Source: Scenedesmus sp. PABB004 (lineage: Eukaryota). Taken from it: a stretch of 64,000 nt of DNA. The position numbers and the translations under genes are program-made. The stretch spans positions 1,116,001 through 1,180,000 of the forward strand of contig JABVCE010000013.1 in assembly GCA_014905635.1 (NCBI GenBank). Direction: 5' to 3'. Every line of letters begins with the position of its first letter. The first letter of the stretch is position 1. Under the pieces are notes generated by a model that did not search any database, had not been told where the DNA came from, and saw nothing but the letters and a program-made list of their open reading frames with translations. Positions 48,228-60,469 of the stretch are shown here, piece after piece.

Positions 48228-50758
48228 GCGTGCGTGAGCAGGGGCGCGAGTGCGGCGCGGCGCCGACCCCCGCGCCGAGCCGCCGCGCAGCGTGGGCGCC
48301 GGCCTGCGCGCACCCGCTGAGAGGAAGCCGAGCTTGATGAAGTCGCCTGCCATCTCATCATAGTCCTCGTTCACCGCGTGCACCACGGCGTCGATCAGCA
48401 CCTGGCGGGCACAACGAGGGGCAGCCGCGGGCGGGCGCGGGCCGCGCGTCAGCGTCAGCGTCAGCGGCGCCGCGCGCGGCGGGGCGGCGGCGCGGCGCCG
48501 GCCGGTGCGCGCGCCTGCTTGTTGGAGTTGCTGAGCTGCGCGACGTTGCCAAAGTCGACGTACGCGATGCGGCCGTCGGCGAGGCAGAAGATGTTGCCCG
48601 GGTGGGGGTCGCCGTGGAAGAGGCCGAACTCCAGCAGCTGCCGCAGCCCGCTCACCACGCCCACGCTGCGCGCGCGTGCCGGGCGGGGGCGCGCCGCGTC
48701 AGCCCGCCGCCGCCACCGTTGCAGCGGCCGCGGCCGCCGCCGCCGCGCCCGGGCCTGCTGCGCCGCGCCGCCGCCGCGCCCGGGCGTGCGTCGCCGCGGC
48801 CGCACCGGATGAACTCGTCCACGTCCACGCCGCTGCTGCGGATGCCGGCGATGTCGGTGCAGCGCGTGCCCTCGATCCACTCCATGACGACCACCTTGCT
48901 CCCGCACAGGTCGCGGCGCACCCAGGGGATCTTGACCGACGCGTCGCCCGCAAAGTTGCGCCCAAACTCCTCGATGTTGCGCGCCTCCTGCGCGGCGGCG
49001 CGGCGGGCTGGGCGCGCGCCGCGCTGCCGCGAGTGCGCCGAGCGGGGCGCCGCAGCCGCCGCCGCCGCCGCGCATGCGCGTGCGCGTGGGCGCTGCCGCG
49101 CCGCGCGCCTGCATGTAGTCGAGCTCCTCCAGCAGCTTCTGCCCAAACTCGTCCACCACGAGCTCCGCGTTGCAGCCGAGGCGGGCGCGGGAGAGCGCGT
49201 TGAAGAGGCTGCCGAGGCCCCGGAACACAAACAAGTCCCGCAGGATGATCGGCTCGATGCCCGGGCGCTGCACCTTGACCGCGACCTCCTGCCCGCCGTC
49301 GCGCAGCACCGCCTTGTACACCTGAGGGCGCGTGAGGGCGTGGCGGCAGGCGCGCGCGCGGTCAGCGCGGCGGCGGCGGCGGCGGCGAGGCGGGCGCGGC
49401 GCGGCCCGCGCGCGCGGCGGCGGCCGACGCCGCGCGGCGCGCGCCTGGCCGAGCGACGCCGCGGCGACGGGCTGCTCGCTGATGCTGCTGAACACCGCCT
49501 CGAGCGGCCGGCCGAGCTGCTCTGCGATGATCGCAAACGCCTCCTCGTCAGGGAACGGCGGCACGTCGTCCTGCGCGGCACGCGCGACGCGGCGAGGGTT
49601 GGCGGCGCGCGCGGCACGGCGCTGCGTGGGTGCGCGTGCGCGCACGGGCCCCGGTCGCCCGCCTCTCCCGCCCCCTGTCCGCCCTCCTGCTGCTCGCCCG
49701 CCCTCGTGCAGGCCCTCCTCCCGCGCGCCTGCAGGATGCAGAGCTCATTCATGTAATCCTCGCGCACAATGTCCGGGCGGTTGGCCAGCACCTGCGCGCG
49801 CGCGTTGCACGGTCAAACGCCGCCACCGCCGCCGCAGCCGGCGCGCCGCCGCGGGCTGCGCCGCCGCCCCACGCTGCGCCCGCGCCCGAGCCTTGGGCCC
49901 GCCGCGCCGCGCCGCGCCTGGCCGGCCTTGATGAAGCTCGGGCCGAGCTCGGTGAGCGTCTCGCGCAGCTGCTGCGCGCGGCGGCGCACGATCTCGGGGC
50001 TGTCCTCGCTGCCGGTGAGGCGGTCAAACGCGAGGCAGGCAAAGTAGCTGCCCAGCGCGGTGACGATGTGACCCACGCGCGCCTGCGCGGCGGCGCGGGT
50101 GCGACGCGGCGGCGCGCGCGCGCGCGCCCGTGAGGCGCTGCAAGGGCGAGCCCCGCGGCCGCGCGCCCCTGCCCGGGGCCTCTGATGCGCGCGCGCGCAT
50201 GGCGCTCACCGCGACCGCAAACGCGTCGCCCGGGGAGCGCAGCGCGCGGCTGCGCACGTACTCCGGGCTGTACTTGGAGATGAGGTTGCACATCTGCTTC
50301 TCGTCCTCCAGCAGCTCCAGGCTGCCGCGCCGCTGCTCCTGCGGCTGCCGGCTGCGGCGGCGGCCGCGCGGGCGCGCGGGCGCGTGAGCGCCAGGCTGCG
50401 CCGCCGCTCGGGCAGCGCCGGCGCTCGGCGCCGGCGCTCGGCGCCGCTGCTGCCGGGCGCGCGTGGCGAACCCCCGGGCACGACGGCGGGGCGCGGCGCG
50501 GGCCCCCCTCGCGGCGCGGCCGCGCGCTGTGGCGCGGGGGCCACCACCACAATCGTGCGCCGCGCCTGCGCCGCGCGCCCGCCAGAGAGCGCGGCCCAGC
50601 GGCGCGTCCCCCGCAGCTCAGAGCGCCCGCCCGCACCTGGGCTTCAGCGGGCGCGCCGTGGCGGGCAGGGGCGTGCGCGCGAGCGCGGAGGCCGCGGCCG
50701 CGCGGGCCACCGGCGCCCGCCGGCCGGCGGGGCGGGGCCGCAGCGCGCCCGGCTGCAT
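46995..50758 (-). CDS. ABC1K1: Plastoglobule ABC1 atypical kinase, ABC1K1/PGR6-like
   Basis: [76 protein letters not shown], YVDFG; about 13 exons. Confidence 0.92.
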
Positions 50759-51654
50759 GGTGGAGGCCGCCCTGGCCGGCAGCGCGGTGAGGATTGGCGG
50801 GGCCAGGCGGCGGGGCGCGTGGGGCGGGCGTGTGGGCCGTCTCCTGCCTCCTGGTGCGCGGAAGAGAGTGGCGGGACGGGAGGGGCGGACGCGCCCTGGC
50901 CGCGCGGCGGCGGCGGCGGGCGGCGGGCGGCGGGGCGCAGCGCCGCAGCGGCGCGCGTGACGACCGACCATCGTTCCGCTCGTGGCCGCGGGCGCGCTCC
51001 CAGAGAGGCGAGCTCGCCTGTGAGGGCCGCCGCTGCCACCGCTCACGATCGCTGCGGGCGCCGTGCGCGGCGGGGCGGCCGCGCGGCCGCAGAACCTTGG
51101 TCCACTCGCCGCCCCCCACCGGCCGCCGCACCAGTCAGCAGCCCCCCCGCGGCGAGACAGCCACAGTGGGGAGCAGGCGCTAGCGGCGGCAGCCCCCCGA
51201 TCCAGGCGGCAGCAGCTCCTGCACACTTTGCAGCAGCAGCAGCAGCCCCCACTTGCCCCCGATCGCTCCCGCCTTTCCCGCGCGGTGGGCCCATTGCCCT
51301 CGCGCACGCCCCAGGTGCGCCGCGCTCGCGCGCGCGCCCGGGCCTCCCCCGCTGCTGCGCTCGCTCGGGCGCCCGCGGCGCTGCCTGGGCGCGCGGTTGG
51401 GGTGTCGCGCCGCGGTGTTGTCGCGGACGGGCGCACCGCTGCTAGTACGCGCGCGCCGTGGGCGCCGGGGGGGCGCCCTCCCATCGCCGCCCGCTGCTGC
51501 CGCGCTGCGCAGGCCCGCCCAGGCTCCGTGAGCGCGCGCGTCGCCGCCTAGGTCCGCGGCCCACACCGCCAGCCGGCGCGCGCGGCGCGGCTCGCGGCGG
51601 ACGCGGCGCGCGCGCGCGACGGCGGCGGCGGCGGGAGCAGGAGCGGCGCGCGCG

Positions 51655-52039
51655 ATGCTCGACCTCCTCGCCGCCGCCGACGGCGGCGCGGCGGCGGAGG
51701 ACCTGCTGGCGGGGGCGTCCGGGGAGGGCATGGACATGCTCGGCTACACCCCCTACCTCGGCCTGGAGCACAGCGGGCTGCACAGCCCGGGCCGCGACGA
51801 CGACGGCGGCGGCAGCAGCGACGCGGGCGGCGCGTTCTTCCCCGCCGCGAGCGGCGGCGGCGCCAGCAGCGCGGGCGGCGGGCTGCCGCACAGCGTGAGC
51901 ATGACGCGGCTCGTGCCGATGCCCGCCGCGGCGGCGGCGCCGGCGCGCAGCGGCAGCGCCGGCCACGCGCTGCCCACGAGCAGCCGCGCGGCGGCCGCGC
52001 CGGCGGGCGCGCACAGCGCGAGCCTGCCGGGCTCGCCGC

Positions 52040-52076
<37 letters not shown>

Positions 52077-54841
52077 GCCGTCGGTGGGCTCGAGCCCGCG
52101 CGCCAGCCGCGCGCCGCCGTGCGCGACGCCGAGCGACACGCCCGGCGGCGGCGGCGGCGCGCGCTCATCGGCCGCGCCGGGGGACGGCGAGGCGACGCCC
52201 GAGCCGGAGCGCCTGCCCGCCACGGCGCCCGGCAGCAAGGCCAACAGCGGCACGAGCGACCTGGTGATGGGCGCGGGGCCCCTGCAGGCCGGCAGCAGCG
52301 GCGGCAAGCTGCTGAGCCAGCTGGCGGCGTCTGCCGCGCCGCCCGCCGGCGCGGCGGTGCGCGCCGAGGCGCCGCAGGCGGGCGCCGGCGGCGCGGGTGG
52401 CAGCGCCGCCGCGCCGCCGCGCGCGGCGGCCAGGCGCGGCGCGAGCGCGAGCGCGAGCGCCAGCCCCAGCCCGGCGGGCAAGGGCGGCGCGGGTGCGGGC
52501 GGCAAGGGCCTGCCGGCGGGGCGCAGCGCCGTGTTCCCGTCGGGCGCCGAGCTGCTGGGCGCGCCGGGCGGGGAGCAGGGCGACGCAGTGCTCCTGCTCA
52601 GCAGCGCGGCGCCGTCGGAGGGCGCCAAGCCCCCGAGCCGCAGCAGGCGGCGGGCACGGCGGCGGCGGCGCTCGCGGCGGCGCTCGCGGCCGCGGTGCAA
52701 GGCGGCGGCGGCGGCGGCGGCTGGCGTCCGAAGCAGCACCAGCAGCAGCACGTGCTCGACATGCTCTATGACACGCTGCTGCCCGGCAGCGGCGGCGGCG
52801 GCGCGCGCGCGGCGAGCAAGCCGCCCAAGCCCGCGCCACGCAGCGGCGGCGGCGGCGGCGGCGGCGCGCTGGAGCCCGCGTGGAGCGACGGCATGGACTG
52901 GGCGTTGGAGCCGTCGCCCAGCGGCAGCGGCCCCGCCGCGCGGGGCAGCTTTGTGGGGGGCAGCTTTGTGGGGGGCAGCCGTGCGGCGAGCACCGACGGC
53001 AGGCCCAGCGCCGACAAGCACCCCAAGCGGCAGGCAGACGCGGACGAGCCCAAGCGCAGCCAGCGCAAGCGCGTGCGTGGCCGCGCCGCGCCGCGCCGCG
53101 CGCTGCCGCGCCTTGCCGCGCGCTGCCGTGCCGTCTTGCCGCGCGCCGCCGACGCCGCGCGTGGGCCGCCACCGGTGCCGCCGCAGGTGCGCACCGCCAA
53201 GGTGGTTGAGGCCGAGGAGGAGGAGGAGGAGCTCCTGGAGGCGTGCGGCCTGGCGCGGCGCCGCCCCTCCACCGCGGTGCAGGACCAGCAGCTGCTGCTG
53301 CGGCAGCAGCACGCGGCGCTCACCTACGGCGGCCTCAGCGGGCTGGGCCTGAGCCTGGGCATGGGCGCGGCGGGCCTGGGCGCGACGGTGCCGCTCGCGC
53401 CGTTTGCGGCCCGCCCGCCGCCAGGGCGCGCGGCGGAGCGCGGCGGCGGCAGCGGCGGCGGCGGCGGAAGCACGAGCGTGCTGGCGCAGCTGCAGGCGGC
53501 GGCAGAGGAGATGCTGAACAGCAGCACCTTCCTCGGCAGCGGTGGCGGCGCCCCTGGGGGCGGGCTGCTGGGCAGCCTGGGAATGCTGGCAGAGCTGCCG
53601 GGCGGCGGCGACGACTTCATGCCTGGCAGTGCCCCGGCGAGCGCACGCCCCCGGCGGGTGGCGGCGCCGGCGGCTCGGCGCGCGGCGCCGCGCCGGAGCG
53701 CGGCGGGAGCGCGGGCCCGGGCGCGGTCAGCGGGGGCGCCTCGGCGGCGGGCAGCCTCGCGCTCGCCGCCGCGGGCGCCGACGACGCCGGCGACGGAGAG
53801 CTGCTGGAGGACGCGCAGGGCGGGCAGCGCCCGCGCAGCGCTGCCGTCAAGCCGTCCACGTCGGCCACAGCCGGCTGGCCCGGCCCCGACGCGCCGCCCG
53901 CCGACGGCGTCGCGGCGCTCGCGGCGGCGGCCGCCGCGGCTGCGGCGTCGGGCCAGGCGCTGGCGGCCGCGGCCGCTGCCGCTGCGGCGGGCCTCTCCAC
54001 CAGCTGGGCGGCCGATGGCGCCGGCGGCGGCGGTGGCGCAGCCGGCGGTGGCGGCGGCGACGAGCAGGGCTTTCAGTTCCTGGGCGACGCAGTGGCGGCG
54101 GCGGCCGCCGCCGCCGCCGCCAGCGGCGCGGGCCTGCCACCGACGCCGGGCGCGGCGCGGCCGCGCGGGCCGTCGCCGGCCGTCGCTGCCAAGAAGAAGC
54201 GGCGCTCGGGCGCGCGCAAGTCTGGGTCGCGCGGGCGCTGCGGCGACCCCGACACGAGCGCCGCGCTCGCGGCGCTTACGCAGCTCGCGAGCGGCGACGG
54301 CGTGGCGCGCTTCGTCGGCGACCACGCGCGGCACTCGGACGCCGCGGCCGCGGCGGGCGGCGCGGCCGCGGACGGCGGCGGCGGCGCCGCGCCCGAGCCG
54401 CGCGTCGTGCAGGGCGGCCGCGGCGGCGAGGACGAGGGCACGCGCGCCGCGCGCGGCCCCGCCGCCGCGTCGCGCTACATCGGCGTGACGTGGCGCGAGC
54501 GCATCCAGCGCTGGGAGGTCTACGTCTGGGCGAGCAGCAGCAAGCGCAGCCACTACATCGGCGCCTTTCCCACCGCGATCAGCGCGGCGCGCGCGTACGA
54601 CGTCGCGGTGCTCTGGCTCGTCGGCCAGGACGCGCGGCCGCGCACGCGGCTCAACTTCCCGCTGACAGACTACAACCTCGACGAAATCCAGGCCGAGGCG
54701 AGCGCGGTCGCGGCGATGCGCGCGCTGGGCAGCCAGATGAGCGCGAGCCAGCGCGGCGCGGCGGCCGCCGCCGCCGCGCAGGCGGCCGCAAAGCAGGCCG
54801 CCGCCGCGCCGGCCGGCGACGGGGGCGGCGGCGGCGCCGGC

Positions 54842-54872
<31 letters not shown>

Positions 54873-55530
54873 GGCGCGGCCGGCGTCGCGGTCGGGCGCG
54901 CGGCGCCCGGCCGGCGCGGTCGCCGTGGCCGCGGCGGCGGCCGCCGCGGCGGCCGCCGCGGACGACGCGGCGGCGGCGGCGGTGGAGTCGGAGGTCGCGG
55001 CGTTCCTCGCCGCGACCGCGACGGCCAAGGAGGGCGCCGCCGCGGCGGCGGCGGCCGCGTGCGGCGACGCGAGTGGCGGCGAGGGCGAGGACGAGGACGA
55101 CGCGCACCGCGGCATGCTGGACGCGCTCGAGCGCCTCGGTGAGGCCGCGCAGGCCGCGCGCGGCGACGCGGGGGTCAGCGCCAGCGGGAGCGGCGAGTAC
55201 GGCGAGGAGTGCGACGACGACCTGCTGCTCCCGGGCGGCGCCGCGGGCACCGCGCTCGCCGAGGCGGCGGGCGGGCTCATGCACATGCACCGCAGCGCGA
55301 GCCAGCGCGCGCTCGCGCCGCGCGGCACGCCCGGCCCCGGGCCGAGCCCGAGCCCGGGCCCGGCCCCAGGCTCCGGCGGCGGCCCCGGCGGTGGCGGCGG
55401 CGGCGGCGAGGTGGTGCTGGACGACGCGTACCTCTCGCGGCAAGCCGCCGAGCTCGACGCGGCGGCGGCGGAGCTCGCGGCGGCCGCGGCGGCGCTCGGC
55501 TGCGAGGGCGCGCTCGGCGGCGACGAGTAG
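51655..55530 (+). CDS. AP2/ERF-domain transcription factor
   Basis: SRYIGVTWRERIQRWEVYVW..YIGAFPTAISAARAYDVAVL..LNFPLTDY at ~54470-54675. The flanking low-complexity regions change frame several times, so the exon model is uncertain. Confidence 0.8.
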
Positions 55531-55863
55531 GGCGCGGGGCGGCGGCGGCGGCCGCGGCGCGTGTGCAGGTGTGCAGAGCGGGGGGAGGATGCGGTTAGCT
55601 GCAGGGCGGGCGGCGCGCGTGATCTTTTGTTGTGTTTCCCGGCGCGGAGCGATTCGTCTCGGTCGTCGTCGTCGTGTGAGGGCCTGCCTGCCTGTCTGTC
55701 TCTGCGCGCAGTTGCGTGACGCATGTTTGGGCTTTGCAACACAGCCCCAGCCCCGCCGCCGGCAATGCGTCGCGACGTCAGGGACTGCACCCCCGCCCGC
55801 CCCGCGCCGCCGCCACGCGGCGCTGTGCACAGCGCCGCGCTCGGCACGTGCCGCGCGGCGCGC

Positions 55864-56685
55864 TCAGCACTCGCGTACGACGTACGCCGCGCCGCCGCCC
55901 GGCGCGGACGCGTAGTCGTGCGTGTTGTGGTCGGTCACGTTGGTGTCTGACAGCTCCAGGTTGTAAAAGTCCATCGCGTCCGCGCCGTCAAAGAGCGGGC
56001 CCGCGTGCCACGTGCCGGCCGCAAACTTGAGGAAGGCGCCGTGCGGCACCTTGAACGCGGCGAGGTCGGCGCTGCGCGGCGCCGCGGCGACGCTGCCGCT
56101 CGGGCGGGCGACGACGATGTACCACGGCGCCGGCGGGGAGAGGCCGCCGAGGCACTGCGTGACGCGCGCGTGGTACGTGATGCGCGTGAAGCGCAGCCCC
56201 CGGCGCGGCAGGCGCATGATGTAGAAGCGCGGCGTGCCCGCGCCGAGCTCCAGCTGCGCGTCGGCGGCGTCAAAGGGCTTGCCGTCGTCGGTGGGGCCGA
56301 TCAGCTGCGGCGGCGGCGGCCGATGCGGCGGCGCTCGGCAGCAGCGGAACGCAGCGGCGGGCGCCCAGCCGCAGGCGCCGCCCGGCCGCTGCCGCGGCGG
56401 CGGTGAGAAGCTACTGAGCGCCGTTCCAGCGTGCGGCGCTGCCTGCCCGGCAGCCAGGCGCGCCCGTTGGGGCGCGGGGGCCTGTGCAGCGCCGCCGCAC
56501 CTGACCAAACGGCGCGAAGCTCTCCGGCGTCGCGAGCTGCGCCTGCAGCTCGATGACCTGCTGTCCCGCCTGCTTCGCCGCCACCGCCACGGCCACGCCG
56601 CGGGGCCGCTGCTGCTGCCGCGCGCGCGGGCGGCGGCGGGCGAGGCGGCCGCCCGCGCCCGCGCGCAGCTGCTCAGTGTGTTCAT
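55864..56685 (-). CDS. Ureidoglycolate lyase/hydrolase (AllA-like cupin), probably plastid-targeted
   Basis: ATPESFAPFGQLI, GTPRFYIM, ITYHARVTQCLG, GTWHAGPLF, DFYNLELSDTNVTDHNTH; one intron at ~56306-56500. Confidence 0.85.
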   Translation of the reverse strand: MNTLSSCARARAAASPAAARARGSSSGPAAWPWRWRRSRRDSRSSSCRRSSRRRRASRRLVRCGGAAQAPAPQRARLAAGQAAPHAGTALSSFSPPPRQRPGGACGWAPAAAFRCCRAPPHRPPPPQLIGPTDDGKPFDAADAQLELGAGTPRFYIMRLPRRGLRFTRITYHARVTQCLGGLSPPAPWYIVVARPSGSVAAAPRSADLAAFKVPHGAFLKFAAGTWHAGPLFDGADAMDFYNLELSDTNVTDHNTHDYASAPGGGAAYVVREC

Positions 56686-57192
56686 GGGTCGCGGCGGCGG
56701 AGCGGTTGCAGCATGCCTGCGGCGTCGCGGGAGGACTGGGGCGCACTGGTCCGCGGCGGCGAGCTAACGCTGCCTGGCCCGGCCTCGCGCGGCGGCGGTG
56801 CAAGGCGCTGTGCCCCGGCAAAGCAGCGCTGCGTCAGTGATTGCCACACGTCGTTCGCAGGGTCCGTCGACCAGGCCGCCCCAGGGCCGCCCCAGCGCAC
56901 AGGCGCGGCTGCGCCGCCAAAAGGGACTGCGCGGCGCGCACAACAGATGAGCAGCCCTCGTGCCATCCTGCTGCGCGCGCACATCCCGGTGCCGCCGCTC
57001 CTGCGTCGGGTTCAAGTGCCGCGAGCGCGTCGCGGCGCTGCCATAGCGTTCCCCCCTGCTGCCGCGGTTGGGTTCCGAAGCCACGCGCCCCGCCGGCGCG
57101 CGCGGCGGGCCGCCCCGGCGCGGCGCCCCGCGCCGCCGGCTGCGGGCGTGCGCGGGGCCGCCGCCGGCACACGGCGCCGCCGCGCGCCTCAC

Positions 57193-58902
57193 TCACACCG
57201 TGGGCCCGTCGGTGAGCGCGGAGAAGCCGAACCGGTCGACGTCGCAGCCGTACCAGCGGCTCACGGCGTCAAAGCACACCTCCGCGCCCGGGTGCGCGTA
57301 GGGGTCGCTTACCGCGCCCGCGCGCACGTTCTTCTGCTCCAGCGGCGCGACCGGCAGCTCCGGCACGGACGGGTCGCGCCGCGCGTTGAGCTCGCGCACG
57401 ACCTCGGCCCAGTCCTCGTTCGGCTCGTCCACGCGGCCGACGAAGTCGACCGCCCAGTCGCCGCCCGCGGTGCGCATGCAGTGCGCCTGCAGCGGCGCGC
57501 AGAGGCGGCGCGGCGGCGGCGGCGCTCGTGGCGCGCGCGGCCGCGGCGCCTGGCAGGCGGCCGGGTGAGCCGCCGGCTCTCCGCCAGCATCATCATCATC
57601 CTTACGAGCAGCTGTATAGCTAAAAAAACAGCTGTGCATCATCCAGTCAGATGACTTGCTGTGAGCCCCTTTGGTCGGCCGCACCTGGTCGGTCATGTGG
57701 AAGTAGAGGTAGCTCTTGCTGCGCTTGATGCAGCCCCGGTCGTGCAGCGCCTCGGCCGCGGCCCACGGGTCGGCGCAGAACGACGCCCACGGCACGTGGC
57801 ACGCCGGGTCCCGCAGCTTGTCGCTGCGCGGCGGACGGCGCGGGCGCCGCGGCGGGGCGTGAGCCGCGCCGCGCCGGCCGCCGCGCCGCGCCGGCCGCCG
57901 CCGCGCCGGCCGCGCTGCGCGCCCGCGCCCTGCCGCCACCGCGCGCCCTGCCGCCGCCGCGCGGCGCGCGCGGCGCCGCGCCGCGCACTCGTGCATGCAG
58001 CCGTTGGAGTGGAGGTACTTGTAGAGGCTGTACGCGCGGCGCCAGGGGTTGCGCACAAAGCCAAACACAAAGTATTCCTTCCACGTCGCGCTGAGGCTCT
58101 GCAGGTCGAGCTCGGTCGCGTTCCAGTAAAAGTGGAGGACCATGCAGCTGCTCGCGTTGTGCCCCGCCGTCGCCCGGTTGTTGCACTCGCCGAGCACGTT
58201 GACGATGCTCGTGCTCGCGGCCTTGGGGCTGCGCACGTAGATGTACTTGTACCTGGTGGGAGGCAGGCAGGCGCGCGCGGGGCGGGGGCGCGGGCAGGCG
58301 AGGCGCGGGGCTTGGTGGTGCTGTGCGCGCACAGCGCGGCGGCGGCGGCGACGGAAGCAGAGGGCCGCGCGCGCGGCGGGGCCGCGCCGCCAGCCCCGCC
58401 GGCGCGCGCGGTCGGCGCGCGCGGCTCGCTCACTTGTGGTTGACGAACACGTGGCAGCCGGGGAAGGGCAGCGGCGGGTGGTCGGGCGCGGCGCAGGTGT
58501 AGCTGTCGGCCGTCGCGGGCCCCGGCCCGCCCGCGGCGGTGCGGTTGACGCGCCAGGAGATGAACGCGTCGAGCCGCGCGTCCGAGTGCGCGCCCAGCCA
58601 CGCGCGCGGGTCGGTCACGCCCGCCTTGGCCACGCGGCCGTGCACCGCGGGGCGGCGCGGCAGCGCGTCGGCCGACGACCGCACGTCGGCGCTCACGTCG
58701 ACGAAGCGCGCGCCGCCCGCCGCGCCGGCGGCGCCCGCGGGCGGCCCCGCCGCGCCCTGCTCGTGCAGCGAGCGCGCCATGCCGCCCGCGCCGAGCTGCG
58801 CCGTCGCGCCGGCGCCCGCGCCGGCGCCGGCCGCCTCCGCGGCGCGCGCGGCCTTGCTCTGCAGCGCCGCCACCGCGGCTGCGAGCGGCTCAAACGGGGG
58901 CT

Positions 58903-58933
<31 letters not shown>

Positions 58934-59149
58934 CGCTGCGTTGTCACTGCTGCCGCCGCCGCCGCCGCCGCCGCGCGCCGCCAAGAAGCTGTGCAGCTGC
59001 ACGACGCCCGCTAGCAGCAGGAGCGCGCACGCTGCGAGCGCGGCGCCGCGTGCCGCGCGCGCCGGCCAGCGCGCGGCCGGCCGCGGCGCCGCGCCCGGGT
59101 AGCTCGCGCGCAGCCGCGGCAGGCTGCCGCTCGGCGCGCCCTTCAGCAT
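57193..59149 (-). CDS. Type II membrane carbohydrate sulfotransferase (Sulfotransfer_2 family)
   Basis: N-terminal TM anchor; 5'-PSB YVRSPKAASTS; 3'-PB FGFVRNPWRRAYS; HMTDQ; DFVGRV; terminal Y..D..RFGF. Confidence 0.88.
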
Positions 59150-59725
59150 GCCGTCCGGCCGGCGCCGCCGCTGCCGCCGCCGCTGTCGCCGCCGCCGCGC
59201 GCGGGGGGAGCCAGGGGTGCGGCGCGCGGTGCCTCGCCGCGCGCCGCGCCGCGCCCGCTGCCGGCGGCCCGCACCCTGCGCGTCCTGCGGGCGCGGGTGC
59301 GTGGGCGGGGGTTGAGGCCGCGGGGGTGGGGAGCTGCGAGCATCGGCGTCACCGCGCGGGCGCCGCTGCGGGCAGCTAGCGCCCCGGCGGCGCGCGGCGG
59401 CCGCCCCGCGCGGTCCGGACGCCTGCGCTGCCTGGAGATGGCACCCGCAGCCGGCCTGCCGCGGCGTGCTGACGCGGCACGGCGCGGCTGGGCGCGAGAC
59501 GCGCGGCATGGCCGCGCAGCCGCCCAACCACCCCGCGCGCGGCGGCGCCGGGCCCGGCACCGATGTCTGCGTGACCGGGGCGAGCCGCAGCCGGCGCGGC
59601 GCGGCCCAGACCCCGCGTTTGCGCGGTGCCGCACCCGAGTCTACTGCTCGCGCCGGTGGTGACCGGCGCGCTGCTCTCTTCGCTCCACGCCTAAATAAAA
59701 ACGCCAAGAGAGCAGGGAGACGCAA

Positions 59726-60042
59726 CAACCGGCTCGAGTTCAGCCGCGGCGAGGGCCTCGTGCCCGGCGGCGCGGACGGCGCGTAGGCCGGGGCGTGCGC
59801 GGCGGCGAGCGGCGTCGGCCCCTAGGCCGGGACTTTGCGCAGTCCACAGTCGACGGACAACGCGGCGCCGCGGCCGCGCGCGCCGGCGCCGGGCTCGGGG
59901 CGCGGTCCAGCGCGGCTGCGACGCCGCCGCCCGCGCTCCGCCGCGGCGGTGTCCCCGCGAGCGCCCGCCCAGCCCCCCAGTGTTACCGCGCTCATCTCGT
60001 GTCCCTGTGGCACCCTGAGGCGTCGCAGCAGCGAGAGGCGAG
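59726..60042 (+). repeat. Duplicated copy of the subtilisin gene's last codons plus downstream region (27521-27857)
   Basis: Direct-orientation near-identity with small indels; still encodes NRLEFSRGEGLVPGG..GA*. Confidence 0.95.
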
Positions 60043-60366
60043 GTTTCGAGAGCGTGGGCATGGCAGCACCCACGCGCCGCACCCGCGCGCCCGTCGCGCA
60101 CGGCATGGCGTCCGTGTGGGTCGCCCGACACCGACGCGTGCCGCTCCGCCGCGGCGCGCTGCCGCGTCCGGGGCGGGCGGGGTTGATCGACATCTGCGCC
60201 GCGCCGCCCGCTGCCCGGCGCCCCGCGCAGGCCCGCTCCTGGCGAGCGATGGGCCGGAGGAGGGGGTTATGGGCGGGGGTGAGCGCCCGCGCCGCCGCGC
60301 CGCCGCGCCGCCGCCGCTGCTGAGATGGGCGGCGGCAAGCGCCCGTGCCGCTGCTGCGCATGCGCA

Positions 60367-60469
60367 CGGCACGCCGTGGAAGAACACCAGGCTGCGTCGC
60401 GTGGTCTTCCACGGCGTGCCGCGGAAGAACACCAGGCGACGCAGCCTGGTGTTCTTCCACGGCGTGCCG
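60367..60469. repeat. Inverted repeat, perfect 34-bp arms, with a structured 35-nt spacer
   Basis: 60367-60400 cggcacgccgtggaagaacaccaggctgcgtcgc is the exact reverse complement of 60436-60469. Confidence 0.95.

Noticed and set aside
37804..59149. Sulfur gene cluster (SAT, SnRK2, sulfotransferase)
   Set aside because: The genes are interspersed with unrelated ones, and I cannot assign this SnRK2 to the sulfur-response subgroup; co-location is probably chance.
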